The translations under genes and the position numbers were made by a program. Of a stretch of 60,968 nt of DNA, positions 9,260-18,635 are shown piece by piece; within the stretch, counting starts at the first letter, position 1; each line of letters opens with the position of its first letter. Origin of the DNA: Pseudomonadota bacterium (GTDB lineage Bacteria; Bdellovibrionota_F; JAHFAK01; JBDREC01); contig JBDREC010000006.1 of assembly GCA_043820105.1 (NCBI GenBank), positions 1-60,968 on the forward strand, in the 5' to 3' direction. The notes beneath the pieces were generated by a model that saw only the letters and a program-made list of their open reading frames with translations, was not told the DNA's origin and ran no database searches.

Positions 9260-9583
9260 TCATGTCCCAGCCACACAACTATCATATACATTATTATCGA
9301 AATTCGATCCATCTGCGCAGCTCCCACTTGTCACACCAGTACCTGAAGCGCAGCTAAGCCTGGGATATGAACCGATATTGCCATTTCCCTGGAAACACAT
9401 ATTCGCCCAACTACTTACATAACCACCACTACTACAATCAGCTCCTTCTGAGTTTAAACCTCCCCCTTCCGCACAGCAAAGTACTTGCGATCCAATCTGG
9501 GTAGCAGCTGATCCATTCGCAACACAGGCGGCTTCAGTTGGATTAATATCAATATTGTGAATTTTAGGAATAGTGTATTTCAT
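9260..9583 (-). CDS. CxxG-repeat Cys-rich peptide, putative RiPP precursor (3)
   Basis: Start reassigned to ATG 9583 (GGAG RBS); leader KYTIPKI; eight Cys, giving six CxxG, one CxxxG and one CC. Confidence 0.82.
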   Translation of the reverse strand: MKYTIPKIHNIDINPTEAACVANGSAATQIGSQVLCCAEGGGLNSEGADCSSGGYVSSWANMCFQGNGNIGSYPRLSCASGTGVTSGSCADGSNFDNNVYDSCVAGT

Positions 9584-9700
9584 TTCTTCTCCGGAAATTA
9601 ATTTATTCTTTGGCCAAGCTAATACATAACTTTCAATTTTGCAAAGAGAAAAAGAAAATGTGGCGTCCAAGAATCAAGCAAAAATATGCCACCCACAATT

Positions 9701-9772
9701 AATTCAAAATTCAAGATTCAAAATTCAAAATTAAACCCCATGTTCTCTTGTTCCCCTGCGCTCTTGTTCTCT
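9701..9772 (+). repeat. 72-bp composite repeat (heptamer + octamer arrays), left copy
   Basis: 64/72 identical to 11499-11570; the two copies bracket pruA as direct repeats. Confidence 0.8.
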
Positions 9773-9859
9773 ATTTTCATTTCCTGCTTTACAAACCCAA
9801 TTTAATTTAATATCAACCTTGCACATAACTGAAACTAGATTTTAAAAATGGAGGTATCT

Positions 9860-11494
9860 ATGACCAATTCTATCTTTAATATCCCTACACCAGGAAACGA
9901 ACCTATTTTCCCTTATAATGATCAAGATTTTAATAAAAAGATATTAAAAGATCATCTAGAACTTATGAGCTCAAAGGAAATTGAAATTCCTTTAATTATT
10001 GCTGGAGAAGAAATTAAGACAGGCAAAACAGCAACAAATGTTATGCCACATAATCATAAACATGTTCTCTGCACATATCATCAAGCAACAGCCAAAGAAA
10101 TTAATATGGCAATAAAGGCTTCAATGGAAGCTAAAAAGTCATGGGAAAAGATGGCTTGGCAAGATAGAGCTTCAATCTTTTTAAGAGCTGCTGAACTGCT
10201 TGCTAATAAATATAGACCAATTCTAAATGCCGCTACAATGCTTGGTCAAAGTAAAAATGTCTATCAAGCAGAAATTGATTCAGCATGTGAGCTCATTGAT
10301 TTCTGGCGTTTTAATCCAAAATATATGGAAAAATTATATGCTGAACAACCCCCGATTTCTCCAGTTGGAATGTGGAACAGAGTAGAAGCAAGGGCATTAG
10401 AAGGCTTTATTTTTGCAATCACTCCTTTTAATTTCACTTCAATTGCAGGAAACTTGCCAACAGCTCCTGCTATGATGGGAAATACTGTTGTTTGGAAACC
10501 AGCATCTTCAGCTGTTTATTCTGCTTATTATATTATGCAAATTCTTAAAGAAGCAGGCCTTCCTGATGGAGTTATAAACTTTATTCCATGTCGTGGTTCA
10601 GACATGGGTAACACAGTTGTTACAAACCCAGACTTTGCAGGTGTTCATTTCACAGGTTCAACAGAAGTTTTCCAAGGAATTTGGAAAGATGTTGGTCTAA
10701 ATATCGATAAATTTAAAACCTATCCAAGAATTGTTGGCGAAACAGGTGGCAAAGACTTTATTTTTGCACATAAAAGTGCAGATGAAGCAGTTGTTCAAAC
10801 AGCCATGGTTAGAGGTGCCTTTGAATATCAAGGACAAAAATGTTCAGCAGCAAGCCGTGCTTATATTCCAGAATCAATTTGGAATAATATAAAATCTGGT
10901 TTCTTAAGTGACGTTGAAAGCCTTAAAATGGGTGATGTTATGGATTTTAGAAACTTTGTTAATGCTGTCATTGACAAATCAGCATTTAAAAACATCACTT
11001 CTTATATTGATTATGCCAAAAATGATCCTGATTCAGAAATCATAGCTGGTGGTGAATATGATGATTCTGTTGGATATTTTATTAAACCAACAGTCATTCT
11101 TGCCAAGAAGCCTGATACCAAAACAATGCAAGAAGAAATATTTGGCCCTGTTTTAACATTATATGTGTACAATGATGCAGATTTTGAAAAAACTCTAGAT
11201 ATTTGCGACAACACTTCACCTTATGCTTTAACAGGTGCAATCTTAGCAAATGAAAGAGAAGCTATCAACATAGCATATGACAAGCTTACTCACGCGGCTG
11301 GAAACTTCTATATAAATGACAAACCAACTGGAGCAGTTGTTGGACAACAACCTTTTGGTGGAAGCCGAGCTTCAGGCACAAATGACAAAGCAGGAAGCAT
11401 GCTTAACTTACAAAGATGGGTTTCCCAAAGAACAGTAAAAGAAAACTTTAACCCTCCAACAAGCTACGAATACCCTTTCATGGAAGCAGAGTAA
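9860..11494 (+). CDS. pruA: L-glutamate gamma-semialdehyde (P5C) dehydrogenase
   Basis: ITPFNF, FTGS, GETGGK, FEYQGQKCSA catalytic Cys, EEIFGP, PFGG; GGAGG RBS before ATG 9860. Confidence 0.96.
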   Translation: MTNSIFNIPTPGNEPIFPYNDQDFNKKILKDHLELMSSKEIEIPLIIAGEEIKTGKTATNVMPHNHKHVLCTYHQATAKEINMAIKASMEAKKSWEKMAWQDRASIFLRAAELLANKYRPILNAATMLGQSKNVYQAEIDSACELIDFWRFNPKYMEKLYAEQPPISPVGMWNRVEARALEGFIFAITPFNFTSIAGNLPTAPAMMGNTVVWKPASSAVYSAYYIMQILKEAGLPDGVINFIPCRGSDMGNTVVTNPDFAGVHFTGSTEVFQGIWKDVGLNIDKFKTYPRIVGETGGKDFIFAHKSADEAVVQTAMVRGAFEYQGQKCSAASRAYIPESIWNNIKSGFLSDVESLKMGDVMDFRNFVNAVIDKSAFKNITSYIDYAKNDPDSEIIAGGEYDDSVGYFIKPTVILAKKPDTKTMQEEIFGPVLTLYVYNDADFEKTLDICDNTSPYALTGAILANEREAINIAYDKLTHAAGNFYINDKPTGAVVGQQPFGGSRASGTNDKAGSMLNLQRWVSQRTVKENFNPPTSYEYPFMEAE

Positions 11495-11498
11495 AAAT

Positions 11499-11570
11499 AA
11501 TTCAAAATTCAAGATTCAAGATTCAAAATTAAAGACTATGTTCCCTTGTTCTCCTGCGATCTTGTTCCCT
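11499..11570 (+). repeat. 72-bp composite repeat, right copy
   Basis: Matches 9701-9772. Confidence 0.8.
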
Positions 11571-11633
11571 TGATCTCTTTTTTTTAATAATTTCTTGATA
11601 TCTATTTTATAAATATATAATCTTTTGCACATT

Positions 11634-12245
11634 ATGAAAAGAATAACAAATAAACACAAGGGTTTTACTCTTATTGAACTACTTGTTGCAGTCACAATTT
11701 CAGGGTTTATTGTTGCAGGTTGCTATCAACTCTTTATTAACCAGGCAAAACTTTCCTCATACGAGCAGTTTGTTACAGCTGGACAGCATGACTTAAGAAC
11801 AGCTGTGGATATAATGGCCGTTAACCTTGAAAGAGCAGCATATAATATCAGAAAAGACATAGTATTAGGCACTCCTCTTAAACAATATGCGGATCCTTCA
11901 ATAATAATCGGTTTTTGGATTAATCATGATGAAGATACTGATACTTTAGACCGTGGTGAATTCATAGAATATGAATTTATTGAAGCTCAAAAAGAAGTTG
12001 TTGTAGTTGTTCAGGAAGGAGATGCTCCTACTACATTTCTTGAAAATGTGGATACCTTTGAAATTGCTTATTACAGTGACCTTTTTGATGACACTAAAAT
12101 AGTAGCTGACCCTGCATTAAACTATGATAGAATTGAACGAATAGTCCTTTCAATAAGAGTTAAAATCAAAGACATGACCAAACCTTCAAGCGAGTGGAAA
12201 ACAAGGAGTTTAAAACGTGAAATTGTACCGTTTAATATCAATTAA
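11634..12245 (+). CDS. type IV pilin-like protein (PilW-like)
   Basis: KG|FTLIELLVA class III signal peptide with Glu5. Confidence 0.85.
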   Translation: MKRITNKHKGFTLIELLVAVTISGFIVAGCYQLFINQAKLSSYEQFVTAGQHDLRTAVDIMAVNLERAAYNIRKDIVLGTPLKQYADPSIIIGFWINHDEDTDTLDRGEFIEYEFIEAQKEVVVVVQEGDAPTTFLENVDTFEIAYYSDLFDDTKIVADPALNYDRIERIVLSIRVKIKDMTKPSSEWKTRSLKREIVPFNIN

Positions 12246-13752
12246 AAAAAATGATGGAATAATTCTGCTATTTGCCTTAATGGTTTTAACAATAATCTCT
12301 GTAATGATGATTGGTCTTTTAATTACAACTGGTGGTGAAAAAGAAGTGCTATCCAAAGATAAAATAGCACTTGACCTTAGAAACGCTTGTATTTCTACAA
12401 TTAACCAAGGATTAAGAGACTTAATAGATGATCTTGGTGCAAGTGATTATAATTTTAACCCGATATTAAATGATATAAATATTTTGCCTATACCTTATGA
12501 TAATAATGCTGAAAGTCTCGATGTCCAACTTATTAAATATATTCCTTATAATGATCCAGCACCTAATCTTCCCATTATGCCTTCTGATCCATCGATTAAA
12601 GTAAAACTATCTATAAAAGACAATGATATTTTTCTTAATGACAGTGTCAACTTAGATGAAAATGGTGGTGGCACTCCTGCCTATAATCTGCTTGAAGATA
12701 AAGATAATCACATTCTACTGGTAGCAGAAGCTAGCAAGGGAACTTTTTCAAAAAAGATGATTGCAAAAGTAAAGCTTGAAAATGAAGCTAATAATTATGC
12801 AATGCTTGCTCAAAATGATATATTTACAGGAGCGGCCGGTTATCTGGTAACATCTGGCTCCTATGGTGACATTCGCTCAAATAAAGGAAATATTAACTTT
12901 TCAAATGCTGATGCTGCATCAAAAATTGAATATGATTTATACGCAGGACAAACCATAGAAATGGGTTCCATTCCAGCTGGCAATTATGGCGCTACCTATC
13001 CAGCTACAACTCAATTCCAAATGCAACCAGCTTCTGATCCGTTTGTTAAAGTTGATGCCCTGCAATATTGTCAATATCTTCAAAAATATGCTCCAGCAAA
13101 TACGATGTATTATTTAAATAATTCAGATTTTAAATGTTACAATATTTCAGGGAAAGCAAGCTGCCTCGATACTACAAGTCAAGTTGACTGTGCTGCTGTT
13201 ACAAATTGGGCCTGGTCTGGCGCAATGAGCCGGTGGGAAAAAAACGGAACTGTGAAAAACGCAATTTTCTTTGTAAAGGGTAATGCTGCCTTAACCACTG
13301 CAATAGGTACCAGCAATAATCCATGGGAAGCTACAATTATCAGTACAGGAAAGATAGATGTTATTAGTGGAGATGTTATAGTTAAACCTCACCTGTATGG
13401 GCAAAACTTTCTTTTTATTACTAATTTCGATGCCACACCAAATACAACTGATATTATTTTGAATGGCAGTAATCTAAGCCCAACCCCACAATTTGGTAGA
13501 TATAGACCAGGAATAATTCTATCAGGAGAAGATGTAATAATATTAAATTACCCAAAAGTTAGAGGGACTATCATCTCAATGGGTGCAATAAACATAACAG
13601 CGGGTGCAATCTTAAATATTGAATATAATGGAAGGCTGCAACCATTTCCACAAGTTGTGTTAAATAATCTCTCATCAGGTTCGCTAATGTTTGGCTCAAA
13701 CCTATATCCAAAGGTAATGAAGATGTTTGAAACATGGAAAAGTCCAAGGTAA
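12217..13752 (+). CDS. PilX-like minor pilin with large C-terminal domain
   Basis: DG|IILLFALMVL prepilin-like N-terminus without Glu5, typical of PilX/GspK; overlaps the PilW-like gene. Confidence 0.7.
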   Translation: MKLYRLISIKKNDGIILLFALMVLTIISVMMIGLLITTGGEKEVLSKDKIALDLRNACISTINQGLRDLIDDLGASDYNFNPILNDINILPIPYDNNAESLDVQLIKYIPYNDPAPNLPIMPSDPSIKVKLSIKDNDIFLNDSVNLDENGGGTPAYNLLEDKDNHILLVAEASKGTFSKKMIAKVKLENEANNYAMLAQNDIFTGAAGYLVTSGSYGDIRSNKGNINFSNADAASKIEYDLYAGQTIEMGSIPAGNYGATYPATTQFQMQPASDPFVKVDALQYCQYLQKYAPANTMYYLNNSDFKCYNISGKASCLDTTSQVDCAAVTNWAWSGAMSRWEKNGTVKNAIFFVKGNAALTTAIGTSNNPWEATIISTGKIDVISGDVIVKPHLYGQNFLFITNFDATPNTTDIILNGSNLSPTPQFGRYRPGIILSGEDVIILNYPKVRGTIISMGAINITAGAILNIEYNGRLQPFPQVVLNNLSSGSLMFGSNLYPKVMKMFETWKSPR

Positions 13753-13809
13753 TACTACCTTTAAAGTTGTATTTTTTATTAAATGAAATAGCAAAGAAAG
13801 GAATTACTT

Positions 13810-16134
13810 ATGAACTTTGAGATCATCGAAAAAAAGCTGCTGGCTGATAAGACTTATAAGTTTAAAGTTTATGCCCCCTTAATTGCTAAGAAACGCCAAC
13901 CAGGCCAATTTATTATTATTACTCCTTTTCCCAGAGGTGAAAGAATTCCAATTACTCTAGCAGGTTCTGACGATGATGAAGGCACCATTACCTTTGTTAT
14001 TCAAACTGTTGGTAAAACAACTTCATTAATCGCAGCTCATTTCAATGAAGGTGATGCTTTTTTTGGCATTTTAGGCCCCCTTGGAGAACCAAGTCATATA
14101 AAAGATTATAAAACTGCTATTTGCATTGGCGGTGGTTATGGAACTGCTGCTATAATTCCAATAGCTAAAGCCTTAAAAGAAGCTGGTAATAAAGTGATCT
14201 CAATCATTGGAGCAAGAGAAAAAACCCTTTTAATTATGGAAGAAGAATTAAAAGCCTGCTCAGATGAGCTTTATATTTCAACAAATGATGGAAGCAAGGG
14301 AAAAAAGGGCTTTGTAACAGATGTATTAAATGAGATAATACAAAAAGAGAAAATTGGTGTGTGCTTTGGAATTGGTCCAGTTCCAATGATGAAAGCATGT
14401 TCAGATATGACCAAACCTCATGAAATTTTGACCTATGTAAGTTTAAATGCGATCATGGTTGATGGAACGGGAATGTGTGCCTCTTGTAGGGTTGAAGTTG
14501 ATGGCACTGTTAAATTCGCCTGTTTTCATGGTCCAGATTTTGATGGTCATAAAGTAAATTTTGAAGAACTAATAAAAAGGCAAACTCTATATAAAGAACA
14601 AGAGAAAGTAGCCTTTGATAGATATATAAAAGAACCAACTTTTGATTCTTCCCCTATCTCGCAAAAGCTTGAATTAAAAGGAACAGCTGTTGATAATTGC
14701 TCAGGACAATGCAATTCTCCTGTTTCTGGCATTTCAGTAAAAGATAGGATGGCAATTGAAAAACAGAAAATGCCAGAACAAGAACCTAATGTTAGAAATA
14801 AAAATTTTGATGAAGTTAATCTGGGATATTCAGTAAATGCGGCAATGCTTGAAGCAGCAAGGTGTATTCAATGCAAAAATCCTGCTTGTATTGATGGCTG
14901 CCCTGTTAAGATTGATATTCCCAAATTTATCAAAAAAATTGAAGATGGTAATTTTATTGAATCCTTAGAAACAATGAAGGAAGCGAATTCCTTGCCTGCT
15001 ATTTGTGGAAGGGTTTGCCCCCAAGAAGAACAATGTGAAAAATATTGTGTTTTAGGAAAAAAACGTGAACCTGTTTCAATTGGAAGACTTGAAAGATTTA
15101 TAGCTGATTATGGAATAAGATATGGTGATGGTGATAATGTTGAAAAACCAAATTTAAATGGAAAAAAAGTAGCTATTGTTGGTTCAGGTCCAGCAGGTTT
15201 AACAGCAGCTGGAGAACTAGCTAAGCTTGGCTATGAAGTTAAAGTTTATGAAGCACTGCACATGTTTGGTGGGGTGTTAATTTATGGAATCCCTGAATTC
15301 AGACTTCCCAATGAAATTGTAAGTTATGAAATTGAATATTTAAAAAAACTAGGTGTTGAATTTGAAGCTAATGCTTTGATTGGCAGAATTTCAACTCTTG
15401 ATGAGCTCTTAGAGTCAGGCTTTGATATGGTATTTTTAGGAACAGGTGCTGGTCTTCCCTGGATGCTCAATATTCCTGGTGAAAACCTTGGCGGTGTTTA
15501 TACAGCCAATGAGTTTTTAACAAGAATTAATATGATGAGAGCTAATAAGTTTCCAGAATATGACACTCCAATAACTGTTGGGAAAAAAGTTGCTGTTTTA
15601 GGAGCTGGCAATACTGCAATGGATGCAGCTAGAACCTCTATAAGAATGGGCGCTAGTGAGGTTTCAATTGTTTACAGAAGGACCAGACATGAAGCTCCAG
15701 CAAGAAATGAAGAAATTCTGCATGCTGAAGAAGAAGGTGTTAAATTCTTATATTTAACAGCCCCAACAAAATTTATTGGAAATGAAGACAACTTAGTTAC
15801 TCATATGGAAGTTTTAAAAATGGAGCTTGGAGAGCCTGATTCTTCTGGCAGAAGACGCCCAGTCCCAGTAGCAGGATCCGAAACTAAACTGGAAGTTGAT
15901 ACAGTTATTTCAGCTTTAGGCTTTGGTGTAAATCCGCTTATTCCATCAATGACTAAAGATTTGGAAACAGATAAGTGGGGGGTTGTAATTGTTGATGCAA
16001 CTACTGGCAAAACATCAAAAGACAAGGTTTATGCAGGCGGTGATGTCATAACAGGTGGAGCTACAGTTATTTTAGCAATGGGGCAGGCTAAGGTTGCTGT
16101 TGAGAGTATGCACAAGGAAATGATGAAAAAATAG
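13810..16134 (+). CDS. nfnAB: fused NfnA-NfnB electron-bifurcating transhydrogenase (often annotated NADPH-dependent glutamate synthase / SudBA)
   Basis: N-half: ERIPIT, GPLG, GGGYG, DGTGMCASC...C 2Fe-2S ligands. C-half: RCIQC-x4-C-x3-CP, CGRVCPQE-x2-CE, GSGPAG, GAGNTAMDAAR. Confidence 0.92.
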   Translation: MNFEIIEKKLLADKTYKFKVYAPLIAKKRQPGQFIIITPFPRGERIPITLAGSDDDEGTITFVIQTVGKTTSLIAAHFNEGDAFFGILGPLGEPSHIKDYKTAICIGGGYGTAAIIPIAKALKEAGNKVISIIGAREKTLLIMEEELKACSDELYISTNDGSKGKKGFVTDVLNEIIQKEKIGVCFGIGPVPMMKACSDMTKPHEILTYVSLNAIMVDGTGMCASCRVEVDGTVKFACFHGPDFDGHKVNFEELIKRQTLYKEQEKVAFDRYIKEPTFDSSPISQKLELKGTAVDNCSGQCNSPVSGISVKDRMAIEKQKMPEQEPNVRNKNFDEVNLGYSVNAAMLEAARCIQCKNPACIDGCPVKIDIPKFIKKIEDGNFIESLETMKEANSLPAICGRVCPQEEQCEKYCVLGKKREPVSIGRLERFIADYGIRYGDGDNVEKPNLNGKKVAIVGSGPAGLTAAGELAKLGYEVKVYEALHMFGGVLIYGIPEFRLPNEIVSYEIEYLKKLGVEFEANALIGRISTLDELLESGFDMVFLGTGAGLPWMLNIPGENLGGVYTANEFLTRINMMRANKFPEYDTPITVGKKVAVLGAGNTAMDAARTSIRMGASEVSIVYRRTRHEAPARNEEILHAEEEGVKFLYLTAPTKFIGNEDNLVTHMEVLKMELGEPDSSGRRRPVPVAGSETKLEVDTVISALGFGVNPLIPSMTKDLETDKWGVVIVDATTGKTSKDKVYAGGDVITGGATVILAMGQAKVAVESMHKEMMKK

Positions 16135-16198
16135 TCGTAAGTCGTTAGTCGTTAGTCGTAAGAAGCACTTACCACTTACTGCTTACCACTTACCACTT
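16132..16198. repeat. opposed heptamer arrays (TAGTCGT)n and (CACTTAC)n
   Basis: Two arrays that are imperfect reverse complements, directly after the nfnAB stop. Confidence 0.75.
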
Positions 16199-16214
16199 TA
16201 AAAAAGGATTAAAT

Positions 16215-16388
16215 ATGAAAAAGTTATTATTGTTATTATTAGTGTTAACATTTTTTACAATTAGTTGTTCATGCAAAAAACCTTGCACAAAGGAAACTGA
16301 TTGGGATAAGGTGAAGCAGGACAGGGAAAAAGCTATGCAAGAGCTTGATGAAAATGTTGAAAACAATGAGGAAGAAGCACAAGAATAA
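16215..16388 (+). CDS. small lipoprotein (57 aa)
   Basis: MKKLLLLLLVLTFFTISC lipobox; AAGGA RBS; TAATG overlap with rdgB. Confidence 0.7.
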   Translation: MKKLLLLLLVLTFFTISCSCKKPCTKETDWDKVKQDREKAMQELDENVENNEEEAQE

Positions 16389-17017
16389 TGTTAGATGTAG
16401 TTATAGCCACAACAAACACTGGTAAGTTTAAGGAAATAGGTAAATTATTAAAGGATCCAAATATTAACTTAATTCCACTTTCAGACTTTCATGATGTTGT
16501 AATTCCAGATGAAACAGGTAAAACATACCTGGAAAATGCCAAAATTAAAGCAGAAACTGTGCTAAATCATACAGGTAAAATAACGATTGCTGATGATTCA
16601 GGACTTGAAGTAGAAGCTCTAAACAATGGCCCAGGCATTCATTCCGCCAGGTATGGCAGTAAATATTTGCCTTTTTCAGAAAAAATAAACAAAATGCTCT
16701 TTGAAATGGCTGAAATACCCATTGAAAAAAGAAAGGCAAAGTTTGTATGTTGTGCTGTAGTTATGTTTCCCAAAGAATTTACTGAATACAAAATACCAAA
16801 TACTGAATACCATTTCCAAGGCGAATGCCTTGGAAATATAGGTTTTGAACCTCGAGGATACATGGGTTTTGGTTTTGATCCCATATTTTATCCTGATGGA
16901 TATGAGCTAACAATGGCTGAAATTGACGAAACAGAAAAAAACAATATAAGTCATAGAGGAATAGCATTTAAAAAATTAAAATATTTTTTGACAAACGAGT
17001 TTTCATTTGCTACTTAA
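16388..17017 (+). CDS. rdgB: non-canonical purine NTP pyrophosphatase (RdgB/HAM1)
   Basis: ATTNTGK, ENAKIKA, ADDSGL, GFGFDPIF, KNNISHRG motifs. Confidence 0.95.
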   Translation: MLDVVIATTNTGKFKEIGKLLKDPNINLIPLSDFHDVVIPDETGKTYLENAKIKAETVLNHTGKITIADDSGLEVEALNNGPGIHSARYGSKYLPFSEKINKMLFEMAEIPIEKRKAKFVCCAVVMFPKEFTEYKIPNTEYHFQGECLGNIGFEPRGYMGFGFDPIFYPDGYELTMAEIDETEKNNISHRGIAFKKLKYFLTNEFSFAT

Positions 17018-17109
17018 GTGATGCATTATGACATATGATATTCCCTTTCTTTCTAAGTAAAGGTATTTTGTTTTTGTGAAAACGCTAAAAAAAGGAGCTT
17101 GTAAAAGAA

Positions 17110-18151
17110 GTGGGGCTTTTTAATTTTATAAAATATGTTAATAAAAATTTAAAAGATTACAGAGTAATTTTAATACCTGAAGGATCATCCAGGTTATCTG
17201 ATCAGTATTCTTTATCTGCTAAATCTATTAAGAGACTGAAAAAGACAATTAGCATGTTGGCTATCGTTGTTTTTATTGCTATAGGTTTTTTATCTTTTTC
17301 AATATATAAAATAAGTGACTATCTTGCAGCAAAAGAAGAAAATGAGCATTTAAAGGATACTGTTAATTCTTTAAATGAACAAATGAATATTATTGATTCA
17401 AAACAAAAATCAATTGATGAGCTAACCAAAAAACTTAAAGACTTAACCATTATTGGAATTGGTAGCGATAATCTGGGTTTTGGAGCTTTAACCCCAGAGG
17501 AAGAACAAATCAGAAAAGAAAGCGGAAATATAGAATTAAAAAAAAAAAGTAAATAATCCAATAACTTTCAAGAATTTTAACAATTATACTGAAAATAATA
17601 CAAAATTAGATATCCCGACACCTTTTTCAAATATGCATGCTGATAATGTTTTATCTAAAAGCTATGAACTCAACAAACAATCATCTGTGATAATTGAAAA
17701 CCTTCAAGGAATGGTGGTCTTATTAGAAGATCAAAAAGATTTTCTCAATCATCTTCCTACTATTGCACCTACTCGAGGTTGGTTATCATCTGGCTATGGA
17801 AAAAGAATTTCCCCATTTACGGGAAGTATTCAGTTTCATGAAGGACTTGATTTGTCTAACCATCCTGGAACAGCAGTTATTGCCCCAGCAGCTGGCAAAG
17901 TTATAAAAATAGGCAGAGATTCTGGTCTTGGCAAACACATAACTATAGATCATGGTTATAATATTACAACAAAATATGCACACTTAAGAAAATACCATGT
18001 TAAAATTGGTGATCTTGTAAATAGATATCAGTTAATTGCCGAAATGGGTAACACTGGAAGGAGCACTGGGCCACATCTTCACTATGAAACAATTATAGAC
18101 AATAAACCAATTAATCCTATAAAATTCATTTTTGACGATATTAAAAGATAA
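17110..18151 (+). pseudogene. M23 family peptidase split by a frameshift in an A11 run
   Basis: TM + coiled-coil ORF (17110-17556) and M23 ORF (HEGLD, YAHL, GRSTGPHLHYE). Deleting one A at 17538-17548 gives a single 346-aa ORF. Confidence 0.85.
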
Positions 18152-18251
18152 TTTTTTGGCTAAAAAGGTACTTGAATTTATAATATAAAAACATAACAAT
18201 TACTTCTATTATTAATTTTTTCCAAGCTTACAGCTTACTTATGAGGATTTT

Positions 18252-18623
18252 ATGTCAATACGTGTTTTAACCTGTATTTCGTGTAATAAAGATTTTTCTT
18301 ATACAGATGCTGAACAAAAATACTACAAAGAAAAAGAATATGAAGAACCCAAGAGATGCCCTTCATGCAGAAAACGAAGAAAACAATCAAAAAATTTTAA
18401 TTCCCAGCATGGAGATGATGGCAATAGCACTAATGGCAATTCTGCTGCTGTTCCAAATGAGGCAGGCTCACAACAGAGAAAAAGATATTATAGATGCAAA
18501 TGTTATTCCTGCGGCGCTGACACAGTAGTTTATCATCGTCATTCATATGCAAATCCTGCCCTTTGTGAAGGTTGCAGACAAGGTAGAGGAAATCGAAGAA
18601 GAAGAAATTATCTTCCTACATAG
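18252..18623 (+). CDS. zinc-ribbon domain protein
   Basis: LTCISC...FSYTDAEQKYY...EPKRCPSCR plus a second CxxC-x17-CxxC unit. Confidence 0.85.
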   Translation: MSIRVLTCISCNKDFSYTDAEQKYYKEKEYEEPKRCPSCRKRRKQSKNFNSQHGDDGNSTNGNSAAVPNEAGSQQRKRYYRCKCYSCGADTVVYHRHSYANPALCEGCRQGRGNRRRRNYLPT

Positions 18624-18635
18624 TTCTTAGGTTTT

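Noticed and set aside
9260-9262. TGA of peptide 3 as selenocysteine
   Set aside because: It is not at a Cys position of the CxxG rhythm, and the downstream frame loses the pattern.
9584-9670. N-terminal extension of the 9260..9670 ORF
   Set aside because: The RBS and the leader motif shared with the paralogs place the start at 9583.
9677-9691. sigma54-like box upstream of peptide 3
   Set aside because: GG-GC spacing is 9, not the required 10.
9159-10149. pruA copy as a DGR template/variable repeat pair
   Set aside because: No reverse transcriptase in the window, one mismatch is not at a template adenine, and the target is a housekeeping enzyme.
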